Source of the DNA: Promethearchaeota archaeon
Lineage (GTDB): Archaea; Asgardarchaeota; Lokiarchaeia; Sigyniarchaeales; SOKP01
Assembly: GCA_048937405.1 (NCBI GenBank)
Contig: JBHLNF010000001.1
Coordinates: 96,001-160,000, forward strand
Direction of reading: 5' to 3'
DNA: 64,000 nt
Shown: positions 19,912 through 29,425 of the stretch, in pieces
How the letters are laid out: the number at the start of each line of letters is the position of its first letter
How positions within the stretch are numbered: the stretch's first letter is position 1
Program-made: the position numbers and the translations under genes
Notes under the pieces: generated by a model
Seen by the model: only the letters and a program-made list of their open reading frames with translations
The model's database searches: none
Told to the model about the DNA's origin: nothing

Positions 19912-22900
19912 ATGTCAGAATTAAGAGAGGAAATATTAGGAGCTGCCATTAATAAAAAAAGAATTATTGGTGTTATATTGGTAGCAATACTTTTAACTTC
20001 AATTTTCGCCTTCTCAACAGTATTTTTTAATTATATATTTGGCTCTCAAAGAGAATTACCTAATAGAAATTTAGAAAATGAAACAGAAGAAGAGCCATTA
20101 TTAATATTACCACCTCCTCCACTTGACCTCGATGATTTACTCGACCTATTAGATCAGTTTGATCCTAATTTATTAGATCAACTAGACATTGATAATGAAT
20201 CCTTGATGAACATGTTTTCTGATTTGCTTGATGGAAATTTAGACGATTTAGATTTAGGTGATTTTTCTATGGGATCAATTCTCCCTATACTAGCCTTATT
20301 AGGTTTGGCTGGAGCTGGGGATATTGAAATATTTAGAGTATATAATTATGATTCCTTAGATGATATGAGAGACGTTTTATGGAAATTCGAATGTTTTGAT
20401 GAATATACTGGAGATGGATGGCATTCAACAGCAAGTACAGATATATATGACTTTTATGACTATTCTGATTATTACTCAAAATATGGTCCAGATCCAGAGC
20501 TTTTGACAATTAAAAAACCAGTTCCTTCTCCTGAAGTTGGAGGTAATTCAATGGTCATTCCAACACTTTTCCCTAATCCTTATGTTATGGATGGAAGTGT
20601 TAATGCTCCAAATTTAGATCCAACATATACAACACTTTATAAAAATGAATATAATTGTACTGTGCTAGATCTCTACTTCACATCAAGTGATGCAGTAAAT
20701 ATGACATATGAAATGTTTGGTCTAAACTTACCCACCGATCAAGAAATTAATAATAATGCTGTTGAACCTATTTATACCCCACTTTATATAAGAAATAAAT
20801 ATTTACAGTTACCCCCAACCATCGAAGATTATAAAAGTAATCATCCTAACTTTAATACTCATTTCGACAATTTAGATGCTATTATTGATCCTAGTGATAA
20901 TGCTTTCGTGGTGGCAAATAAAATTAAGAATTATCTTAATACTTACTTTGATATTCCGAGGAGTGTTGATGAATACAATCCTGCTCCTGAAGGGGTTGAT
21001 ACAGTTGAGTGGTTCTGTCAAGAACAAGTAGGAGTATATTCTGATTTTGCTTCTGCTTTTTGTGCTTTTTCTCGTGCTTTTGGTGTTGCTAGTAGATTTG
21101 TTGATGGTTTTAATAGCTTCCAAATAGAAGAATTTTATGATAATATTGAAGGACAGAATTCGTTTGCTATAAAATATGAAAATCTCTATAATTGGGCAGA
21201 AATTTATGTTCCAATGGATATATCAGGAGCAGGACAATGGGTTCAATTCGATATCGAACCAATAACAATATTGGGAGGAAATTATAATATTACAGTCGAT
21301 TCAGATCAATTATATTATTCTAGACCAGATACAGCAATAATCACAGCAAATGTTAGTTCTCTCACCAGTCCAGAAGAAGGTTTAACTATAACTTTTACAG
21401 ATACTACAACTGGGCAGAATTTGGGGCAAGATATTACCGATATTAATGGTGAAGCATCAATCCTTTTTGATCTTAATGATTCACACGTAGTTGGTCCTCA
21501 CGTCATCGAAGCAAAATATGACGATGTAAATTCGAATACTACAGTTATTGGTATATTAGGTGATATATCAGTGCTTCTTATAAATGTTAATCCAGCAGAA
21601 ATAAATATATCTGATTCTCAACCGGATTCGACAAACATTCAAGGACATGTCTATGACCCAAAAAATGGGGAAAGTGTCCAAAATGCTGTAGTAAATCTTT
21701 TACTATTTCAAAGAGGGACTAGTACAGAGGAAACATTTGCTTTCAACCCATCCTCAGTAATAACCGATAATAATGGTGATTTCAACGAGGTTATTGATTT
21801 AAATCCCTCTGTTCTAGTGGGACAATATGAGGTTAGAGCTGATTTTAATGGGACGTGGATTTTATATGTTGAACCTTATCTTTATCAAATTCCTTCAATG
21901 TCAAACTCAAGTAATAGAATGGGACTGAATGTCACAAAATCGTTAGATATTTCATTTTATATCGATGGTATACCTGCTGTTAATCCTACTAACCCTCTTG
22001 TTAATCGAAGTGATACTCTTACACTTACTGCTAGAGTAGTTTCAGTAGTTCATGGACCTATGTATAATAAAAGAGTTTATTTTTATGATTATTCTAGAGG
22101 AGATGTTCTCATAAATTCTGATCTAACAGATATAAATGGATATGCCTCTACTAGTTATTTTGTCGGAGATTATTGCGTAGCAGGACCGAACTTACTATAC
22201 GCTAGAATTGGTCTACAAAAAAATTACTCATATTTTGTTTTAAATGAGACTCCTACTATAAATATCATTTCTGGACCAACTCCTCGGGTTATAAACCGTA
22301 CAGGAAGTGGAGTAACACAGTTTAATATAGTAGGAGAAATTTATGATACTACTACTAATTCTCTACCAATACGCTACTCCGAGATAACGCTAACATTATT
22401 AAGAGGTGGTATAAATTATTCGTCTTACTTAGTTCCAAATGAGGCTTACCCTTATCAAACAGACGCATCTGGTAATTTTGATCTTACTTTTGGAGTTGAT
22501 TCCAATACTCCACCGGGTAATTATACGTTAAGATTAGATTTTAACGGTACAATAAATTTATTATCTTATCCTTATCCCTATTATTTTGATTTACCAATTT
22601 TAACCACTACATCATATTTTATAAACGATCTTAGAATAGAGACAGAAGCATCTTTACTATTTTGGATAAATGGAACTACATCAGATAATTTTAATAACCC
22701 ACGAATTAATCGTAATGAAGATCTAAACCTTTCAGTATATATTCATCTCGCTGGAGTTCCGATAGATGATGGAGAAAGAGTTGATTTTTACGATGTTACC
22801 CAAAACATCCCTATTGGTTATGATACAACCATAAATGGAATTGCTACAGTTATTTATTCAACAAATTCTAGTACAGTAGCAGGACCACATTTGATTTACG

Positions 22901-24393
22901 CTACTTGGAATGGTAGAACTAATTATTCTTATTTTGTTTTAGATGAATCAATAGATATTAATCTTCAGGCATGGCCTCAACCTCGAGAAATAAATAAATA
23001 TGGCCCTTCCAGTAATACATTTATTATTCAAGGATATTTAAATGATACATCAAATTTTGACCCTATTAAATACGGCGAAATATCTATCCACATTTTTGAC
23101 GGTACCGAAATTTTTGGTGGATTAGTACTTGTAAGTGGTTCTTATCAAACTGATCAATATGGTACAATCTATGCTGAATTCACGACGGCTAGTTTTGTTC
23201 CTACAGGTAATTATACTCTAGAAGTATGGTTTAACGGGACTTTCATTTATTCAAGTCCAAATAATATTTATAATGAACATGATTTTAATTTACCATATAT
23301 CAATGCTTCTTCAGACGCGAATTACCAGTTACGAGTATATGACCCCGACGATATTAAAATCCATCTTTGGATTAATGGTACTGCTACATTACCAACTTAT
23401 TATGATTGGGAAGGAAATTTCCCAGAAAGCTTTTCTCGTGGAGGAGACATAAATTTTACAGTATATATTTTAAACAGTACTGATAATCCTGTTACTTATG
23501 GAGAAGTAAGAATTTATAACATCTACAATAACTCATATCTTTTAGGCAGCCACACTTTTACTGGTGGTGAATCTAGACAAGGTTTTCATACATTTATTAT
23601 AGATACAAGCTTATGGTATGGTGGAATTCATTATATTAAAGTAAATTGGTCAAGTTATGTAACATTTAACACTACTTTTGTAATTATAAATGAGCCGGTA
23701 ACCATATCCACTAATTTGATTGATCGCATAATCACTAGGGATGTTGAAAATTTCTTTGTATCTGGAACCGTCCAAGACCAATTAATCGGAACTCCTCTAA
23801 GAGGTCTAAGATTAAATATAATATTACTAGATAGTAGTCTTTCAGATGTTACTCTTTCATATTTAATTGGCTCTAACTGGTTAACAATAAATAATGATGG
23901 GTCTTATCAATTTTCCAATTCAATTGCCCTTTCATGCCCACAAGGTGAATATTCGCTAAATATTACCTTTACGGGAGATATTGATGCTCCCGGTATATAC
24001 CAAACAGGGATTATGATTCACAGTAGTTCATTGATTCCCATAAATATTACGGCTGGAACATCTTTAATAACTGATACGTATTGGAGTGATTGGGAGTCAT
24101 ATGATCCAGAATTATGGATTTTAGGCGATACAGTCCATATAAATGGTACTTTATTATGGGATAATGGTACAGCCATTGAAGGTGTAAATGTTATTGTTTC
24201 AGTTAGATATCTTTCAAATGGTACTTGGATTGATGCAAATTCTTTTGTTGTTACTGGACCTGGAGGAATTTTTGAAGGAATTTTAACTGTTGATGATGAG
24301 TGGCCTGATACAAGAGCAGAAACAACCGTTTGGGTCAATTATAGCCCTCCTGTTTCAGAATATATTGAGGGAGATGAAGAACCATATTTATAA
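19912..24393 (+). CDS. Membrane-anchored surface protein: transglutaminase-like domain (catalytic residues substituted) + tandem Ig-like repeats
   Basis: N-terminal TM helix; TGase-like block GVYSDFASAFCAFSRAFGVASRFVDGF..YNWAEIY..GQWVQFD; four ~230-250-aa beta-rich repeats; many N-x-S/T sequons. Confidence 0.85.
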   Translation: MSELREEILGAAINKKRIIGVILVAILLTSIFAFSTVFFNYIFGSQRELPNRNLENETEEEPLLILPPPPLDLDDLLDLLDQFDPNLLDQLDIDNESLMNMFSDLLDGNLDDLDLGDFSMGSILPILALLGLAGAGDIEIFRVYNYDSLDDMRDVLWKFECFDEYTGDGWHSTASTDIYDFYDYSDYYSKYGPDPELLTIKKPVPSPEVGGNSMVIPTLFPNPYVMDGSVNAPNLDPTYTTLYKNEYNCTVLDLYFTSSDAVNMTYEMFGLNLPTDQEINNNAVEPIYTPLYIRNKYLQLPPTIEDYKSNHPNFNTHFDNLDAIIDPSDNAFVVANKIKNYLNTYFDIPRSVDEYNPAPEGVDTVEWFCQEQVGVYSDFASAFCAFSRAFGVASRFVDGFNSFQIEEFYDNIEGQNSFAIKYENLYNWAEIYVPMDISGAGQWVQFDIEPITILGGNYNITVDSDQLYYSRPDTAIITANVSSLTSPEEGLTITFTDTTTGQNLGQDITDINGEASILFDLNDSHVVGPHVIEAKYDDVNSNTTVIGILGDISVLLINVNPAEINISDSQPDSTNIQGHVYDPKNGESVQNAVVNLLLFQRGTSTEETFAFNPSSVITDNNGDFNEVIDLNPSVLVGQYEVRADFNGTWILYVEPYLYQIPSMSNSSNRMGLNVTKSLDISFYIDGIPAVNPTNPLVNRSDTLTLTARVVSVVHGPMYNKRVYFYDYSRGDVLINSDLTDINGYASTSYFVGDYCVAGPNLLYARIGLQKNYSYFVLNETPTINIISGPTPRVINRTGSGVTQFNIVGEIYDTTTNSLPIRYSEITLTLLRGGINYSSYLVPNEAYPYQTDASGNFDLTFGVDSNTPPGNYTLRLDFNGTINLLSYPYPYYFDLPILTTTSYFINDLRIETEASLLFWINGTTSDNFNNPRINRNEDLNLSVYIHLAGVPIDDGERVDFYDVTQNIPIGYDTTINGIATVIYSTNSSTVAGPHLIYATWNGRTNYSYFVLDESIDINLQAWPQPREINKYGPSSNTFIIQGYLNDTSNFDPIKYGEISIHIFDGTEIFGGLVLVSGSYQTDQYGTIYAEFTTASFVPTGNYTLEVWFNGTFIYSSPNNIYNEHDFNLPYINASSDANYQLRVYDPDDIKIHLWINGTATLPTYYDWEGNFPESFSRGGDINFTVYILNSTDNPVTYGEVRIYNIYNNSYLLGSHTFTGGESRQGFHTFIIDTSLWYGGIHYIKVNWSSYVTFNTTFVIINEPVTISTNLIDRIITRDVENFFVSGTVQDQLIGTPLRGLRLNIILLDSSLSDVTLSYLIGSNWLTINNDGSYQFSNSIALSCPQGEYSLNITFTGDIDAPGIYQTGIMIHSSSLIPINITAGTSLITDTYWSDWESYDPELWILGDTVHINGTLLWDNGTAIEGVNVIVSVRYLSNGTWIDANSFVVTGPGGIFEGILTVDDEWPDTRAETTVWVNYSPPVSEYIEGDEEPYL

Positions 24394-24434
24394 AAATCAG
24401 TAATTTATAAAGAATTAGGAGAAAAGAAAATTTT

Positions 24435-26048
24435 ATGTATAAAACAAGAAATCGAAAACACCTCAGAAGGTTTACTTGTTTTTTAGGTATAATTATTTTA
24501 TCTATTCCAATTTTTTTGATATTTCTAAGTAGTAATAATAATATAGCAAATGATTTTTACAAAAATGAGAATTTAAACAAAGGTGATAATGACATCATCC
24601 CCAAAAATTCAGCAACATGGGGATGGGTAAATCTTACGAATTATATGATTAATGAGACTCGTCATTATCATAATGATATTGTTCCAATCGAAGGGCGATT
24701 ATATTTTAAACCTAATGATACAGGTTATGAAGGAGAATCAGTATCTCTAAAAGTTGATGGAGATATCCTCTCCTCACAATATACTAATATAACAAATGAA
24801 AATGGAGAATTTAGATTTGACTATACAATTCCTAATTCAAGTAATATTTATACTGATCATAAATTTGAAGCGATTGTTAATACTGGTAAAACTGTTAAAT
24901 ATTTAAATTATTTAATTATCAACTTTAAATCAAACTCTACATTTGCTAATGTACTTTACAACACCTCTCTTCCATTACTTTCAGGAGAACAACTATCGAT
25001 AAGCGGAGATTTAAGTTATATGAATGGAAGTAATATTCCTTCGGCCATAATTAATTATTATTGGTTAGATGGTACAAATATATTGTCTCAGGATTCTTTT
25101 AATACAGATGATTTTGGCTCATTTACGAATACTATGATACAAGTACCTAATACATTTTCAAATTACTTGGATTTAAAATTAAACTTTTCAGATGATCCTT
25201 TTGTTGATTATAACGAATCGACCATTTCTGATATTTCAATCTTTTCAAATATTACGTGTAATTTGGATATTGATAGCACCCCCACAGAGGGACAAGAATT
25301 TACATTAAAAGGCACTTTATTATCTAGCACAGATCCCACTATAAGAATAAGTAACAGAGAAATTAAGATTATCTATAATAGGACAATACTTAATACTACA
25401 TCTGACCCTATAATAACAGAATCAGATGGCACTTTTTCTGCTACATTTCAAATACCTGAAGGAAATGGTACTGCGTCAATCCAGATAAAATTAGAAAATG
25501 ATCTAGATTTAGATTTAAGAACACCATTACGATATATATCCGTTGAGGCAAGTTCTTCTTCAGCCTCCGGATCTACAGGTGGTGCGCCTCCATTTTTAAT
25601 ATTTTCAATGATTTTCTTTCCAATTATAGCAATTGTTGCAGTAGCATTAGGAATTTATGGTTTTTATTATTATAGAAAACGAGAGAAAGAGTCACGAGTG
25701 GTAAATTTACCACTTGAATCAAGAATAGAAAATCTTAAAATTCTTAAAGATTCAGGAAGATTAGAAGAATCCATATCATATCTATTTAATGCAATTTATA
25801 TGGATTTAATCAATGCTAAATATAATCGGACGAGAAATATCAATGAAACCATCAGAGATTTTGCAATCATATCAGTGAAAGAATTAAAACTAACTCCTTC
25901 TTCAATATACCCCTTTATTCAAAAAGTTGAAGAGATAATATACGCAAAACCTTTTAAAATATTGGAGCAAGATTTCTATACCACATGCGAATTATTCTCA
26001 CCAATATATTATCAATTAACAGGTTATAATTTTGTTTTAAATTTCTAA
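24435..26048 (+). CDS. Membrane protein: extracellular Ig-like domains, TM helix, cytoplasmic DUF4129-like domain
   Basis: N-terminal signal/TM, beta-rich repeats (TNENGEF, TDDFGSF, TESDGTF), TM FLIFSMIFFPIIAIVAVALGIYGFYYY, tail with NETIRDFA..VEEIIY. Confidence 0.75.
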   Translation: MYKTRNRKHLRRFTCFLGIIILSIPIFLIFLSSNNNIANDFYKNENLNKGDNDIIPKNSATWGWVNLTNYMINETRHYHNDIVPIEGRLYFKPNDTGYEGESVSLKVDGDILSSQYTNITNENGEFRFDYTIPNSSNIYTDHKFEAIVNTGKTVKYLNYLIINFKSNSTFANVLYNTSLPLLSGEQLSISGDLSYMNGSNIPSAIINYYWLDGTNILSQDSFNTDDFGSFTNTMIQVPNTFSNYLDLKLNFSDDPFVDYNESTISDISIFSNITCNLDIDSTPTEGQEFTLKGTLLSSTDPTIRISNREIKIIYNRTILNTTSDPIITESDGTFSATFQIPEGNGTASIQIKLENDLDLDLRTPLRYISVEASSSSASGSTGGAPPFLIFSMIFFPIIAIVAVALGIYGFYYYRKREKESRVVNLPLESRIENLKILKDSGRLEESISYLFNAIYMDLINAKYNRTRNINETIRDFAIISVKELKLTPSSIYPFIQKVEEIIYAKPFKILEQDFYTTCELFSPIYYQLTGYNFVLNF

Positions 26049-26167
26049 ATTCAAATTTAATAAAAATATTAAGACAATTAATAATAAAAAAAGTACAAAA
26101 AAATAAAAGCTCATAAAAAATAAAATAATAAATTATTTTAAAAATAAAAAGCATAGGTTAGGATATA

Positions 26168-26545
26168 ATGGCTAAAAAGAAAAAGAAACAACCAGAACCA
26201 GAAATAAATATAAAACAAAGGTTTGATAATGTAAAAATTCTAGCTGAAACCAATCGATCCAAAGAAGCAATTGCCTATATTTATCTTGTATATGATGATA
26301 TTATCAACATCAAGTTTAAGAAACCAAGATTAGCTCATCAAACAATTCGTGAATATGCAATTGCTTGTGTTAATGAATTAGAAAAAAGATTAAAACCAGA
26401 ATCTATCTATCCATTTATTAAAAAAATAGAGGATATTATCTATGGTGGAGTGGAACCAACGAATAAGGAATTGAATTTTACTATAGATCTATTCTCTAAT
26501 ATATACAATGAAATAACTGGAAAATCTTTTACTTTCAAATTATAG
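26168..26545 (+). CDS. Stand-alone DUF4129-like helical protein, paralogous to the tail of the upstream gene
   Basis: EAIAYIY..HQTIREYAI..KPESIYPFIKKIEDIIY aligns with ESISYLF..NETIRDFAI..TPSSIYPFIQKVEEIIY. Confidence 0.75.
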   Translation: MAKKKKKQPEPEINIKQRFDNVKILAETNRSKEAIAYIYLVYDDIINIKFKKPRLAHQTIREYAIACVNELEKRLKPESIYPFIKKIEDIIYGGVEPTNKELNFTIDLFSNIYNEITGKSFTFKL

Positions 26546-26600
26546 AATTTAGCATTTAAAATATTTTTTAATATTAAAAAAGATTCAAAAGTAAATTACA

Positions 26601-28340
26601 ATGGTAAAACCTGGAAAAGCTACTCAGAAAAGTCTAAATACGTCTAAAGGGATAGTATTAGTATTTTTAACAATTTATTTCATAGTTTTTGGAATACTTA
26701 TCAGTGATTTTATCGATAAATTTAAACAAATAAAACCAGAAGAGTTGCCTGTTTTTGTAAGTTATATCCCCCTTTTAAGTTATTTAGGTGCTATTTTTAG
26801 TAGTATTACTTTTCTTATATTTTTAAGAAAAACAACCTCTCAGAAAATGCGACAATCCCAATCCCGTAAGAAAATCAAGGCTGGGTCGATTTATAAACAA
26901 GGCTTATTCGTAATCATTGTTATCCTTGTCTTTATTCCATTATTTTCCTCTGCGATTGATAAAGGAATAAATAATCAGAACTTTTCAGTTTATAATGATG
27001 ATTGGAATGGGGCTTCAAAATTCAAAACCGTGATAGAAAATGAAGGATATGAAGTAATGACAGTGCAATCTAGCCTGAGTGCAACTGAAAGACTTAATAA
27101 ATCAATCTTACTAATCCTATTAGGTCCAAATCAATTTTATGACCCTATTTTTGAAGTACCATATTTTATAAAGTTTTTTAATGGATCAAATTCACTTTTA
27201 ATATGCCATGATCATGGTTCTACAAGCACTTTATTATGGGAAATCTTTGTAGCAGGAGGACTTAAAGGACACCAGTTCCCTCTAACAATTTTTGCTAATG
27301 GGATCTTGAGAGATAATGAATCCTATTATAAAACTTCAGAATTTCCTGTTATCAAAGATTTTGCTGCTCATCAAACAACTACCGATGTGGATGAAGTAAT
27401 TCTTTCAAAAGCATCATGTGCCATAGGTGGACCTTTTGTTGAGTATTTTGGATGGACACAAATTGGAAGTTCTTCAGAATATAGTTTTATTGATAAAGAT
27501 GGTAATAAAAGATATAATTCCCCTGAAGATGATCTCAATCTTGGTTTTATGAGTATTTTAGAAGATAGCCAAGGTTTTTCGATCCCTACAACTATTCATC
27601 TCACACGCGAGCAAAGTGTATTTCTAGCTTATGATGGTGGCACACAGCGAACATTTGCATGTGCGGATGCAAGTTTATTTAATAATCAATTAATTGATTG
27701 GCCTGGATATGATAATTTACAATTTGGAATAAATATTATTGAGTGGTTGACCTATGCAAATGAGGGAAGACCTAAAGATGAGTGGGTAGTAGTATTTGAT
27801 GAAGCTCATATAAGACCAGAATATTCAAGAGATCTTACATCTGCAGGAATATTTGGTTATGTCATGCAGTACATTGTTCACCTCTCTACAAATCCTATCA
27901 CTGCGTGGATCTATCCTCTTTTAGCATTTTATACATTAAGAAAATATCTCCCGAAAAAAGATAAAAAGAAGGAGGAGGAAAAAATAGCTGAAGAAGAAGA
28001 AAAGAAAGAAGAAATGGCTAGATTTCGAACTTCTTCGTTCTTTGCTCAAAAAATTGATGAATATAAAGATAAGATGAAATATAGTGATGCTTTAAAATTA
28101 TTATATAGAAGATTAGAAAGAAAATTAAATACTCAATTAGGAGGGAGAAAAATTAATTCTGAAAATGTAATTAATTTAGTAACAGCAAAAGATCCTTCCA
28201 CAACCAAATTAAAAATTAGAAGATTAACTAGATTTATGGATAGGATATTATCAATTAAAGAAGGTAAATATAAAGTTAAAACTGAACAAGATTTCGAAGA
28301 AATATTTTTCGAGATGAGTTGGGCAGTTAATAATATTTAA
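26601..28340 (+). CDS. Membrane protein with a DUF4350-like (GldG/GATase-like) extracellular domain and a helical cytoplasmic tail
   Basis: 3 N-terminal TMs, FSVYNDDWNGASKF, ADASLFNNQLI..DNLQFGINIIEWL, VVFDEAH, then TM and tail. Confidence 0.75.
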   Translation: MVKPGKATQKSLNTSKGIVLVFLTIYFIVFGILISDFIDKFKQIKPEELPVFVSYIPLLSYLGAIFSSITFLIFLRKTTSQKMRQSQSRKKIKAGSIYKQGLFVIIVILVFIPLFSSAIDKGINNQNFSVYNDDWNGASKFKTVIENEGYEVMTVQSSLSATERLNKSILLILLGPNQFYDPIFEVPYFIKFFNGSNSLLICHDHGSTSTLLWEIFVAGGLKGHQFPLTIFANGILRDNESYYKTSEFPVIKDFAAHQTTTDVDEVILSKASCAIGGPFVEYFGWTQIGSSSEYSFIDKDGNKRYNSPEDDLNLGFMSILEDSQGFSIPTTIHLTREQSVFLAYDGGTQRTFACADASLFNNQLIDWPGYDNLQFGINIIEWLTYANEGRPKDEWVVVFDEAHIRPEYSRDLTSAGIFGYVMQYIVHLSTNPITAWIYPLLAFYTLRKYLPKKDKKKEEEKIAEEEEKKEEMARFRTSSFFAQKIDEYKDKMKYSDALKLLYRRLERKLNTQLGGRKINSENVINLVTAKDPSTTKLKIRRLTRFMDRILSIKEGKYKVKTEQDFEEIFFEMSWAVNNI

Positions 28341-28402
28341 TCAAATTACAATAACTAAATATATAATACACAAATTAAAAAAAATAAAGAGGTTTAAAAT
28401 AA

Positions 28403-29383
28403 ATGGAAACTCCTGACAAAGCAAAATATTATGACCATGAAGAGATTGATGTAACACCAATAAGAGAAATTGCTCAAGAAGTTTTAAGTGAAGTAAGTCG
28501 AGTGATAGTAGGATATGGGGAGATTCTACAACAACTTTTCATTGCACTACTAGTGAATGGGCATGTCCTTTTAGAAGGAGTCCCAGGGCTTGGAAAAACC
28601 GTTATGGCTAAAACATTTGCTAATACTCTTGGAATATCGTTTCGTAGAGTGCAATTCACCCCTGATCTTCTTCCCGCAGATATCACTGGAACAAAAATAT
28701 TTGATCAAAATGAGGGTGCCTTTGTGCTTCAAAAGGGACCTCTCTTTGCAAACACAGTCTTAGCTGATGAAATAAATCGAAGTGCTCCTAAAACTCAAGC
28801 AGCTTTGCTAGAAGCAATGGCTGAACGTCAAATTACAATTGAAGGTCAAACATTACCACTTGAAAAGCCTTTTATTGTAATAGCAACTGAAAATCCTGTA
28901 GAAATGGAAGGCACATACCCATTACCAGAAGCACAGGTTGATAGATTTCTTTTTAAATTATGGTTAGATTATCCTGAACAAGATGAAGAAGTTGAGATAT
29001 TAAGAAGACAAATTTCAGGTGATTCACCTTCTGTCGAGGCTATAACAAATGGGGAAGAAATTCTAGCAGCTCAAAAAATAATGAATTTAGTGTATATAGA
29101 TGATAGAATCCTTAAATATATTCGAGATCTCATTATAAAGACTCGAAATCATCCCCAAATAGCATTAGGATGCGGACCAAGAGCAAGTTTAACACTTATG
29201 AAATGTTCTAAAGCCCGTGCAGCGATATTAGGTCGTTCATATGTAACTCCGGATGATGTTCGAGCTTTAGTTGTTCCCGCATTAAATCATAGAGTTCTTT
29301 TAAAACCTGAAGCAGAGTTAGAAGGGCTTGATACTGTGAGTGTTCTTAAATCAATTACAGAGGAAATTCCCATCCCAATCTAA
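28403..29383 (+). CDS. moxR: MoxR-family AAA+ ATPase
   Basis: GHVLLEGVPGLGKT, RVQFTPDLLPADITG, LADEINR, NPVEMEGTYPLPEAQVDRF, GPRA. Confidence 0.95.
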   Translation: METPDKAKYYDHEEIDVTPIREIAQEVLSEVSRVIVGYGEILQQLFIALLVNGHVLLEGVPGLGKTVMAKTFANTLGISFRRVQFTPDLLPADITGTKIFDQNEGAFVLQKGPLFANTVLADEINRSAPKTQAALLEAMAERQITIEGQTLPLEKPFIVIATENPVEMEGTYPLPEAQVDRFLFKLWLDYPEQDEEVEILRRQISGDSPSVEAITNGEEILAAQKIMNLVYIDDRILKYIRDLIIKTRNHPQIALGCGPRASLTLMKCSKARAAILGRSYVTPDDVRALVVPALNHRVLLKPEAELEGLDTVSVLKSITEEIPIPI

Positions 29384-29425
29384 AACATTTTTTTTTATCT
29401 TTTATGATCATAAAATTTTAAATGA

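Noticed and set aside
4781-29425. In-frame TGA codons just upstream of top6B and the DUF58 gene as possible selenocysteine
   Set aside because: Not at Cys-equivalent catalytic positions, upstream frames close quickly, and no SECIS-like hairpin was seen.
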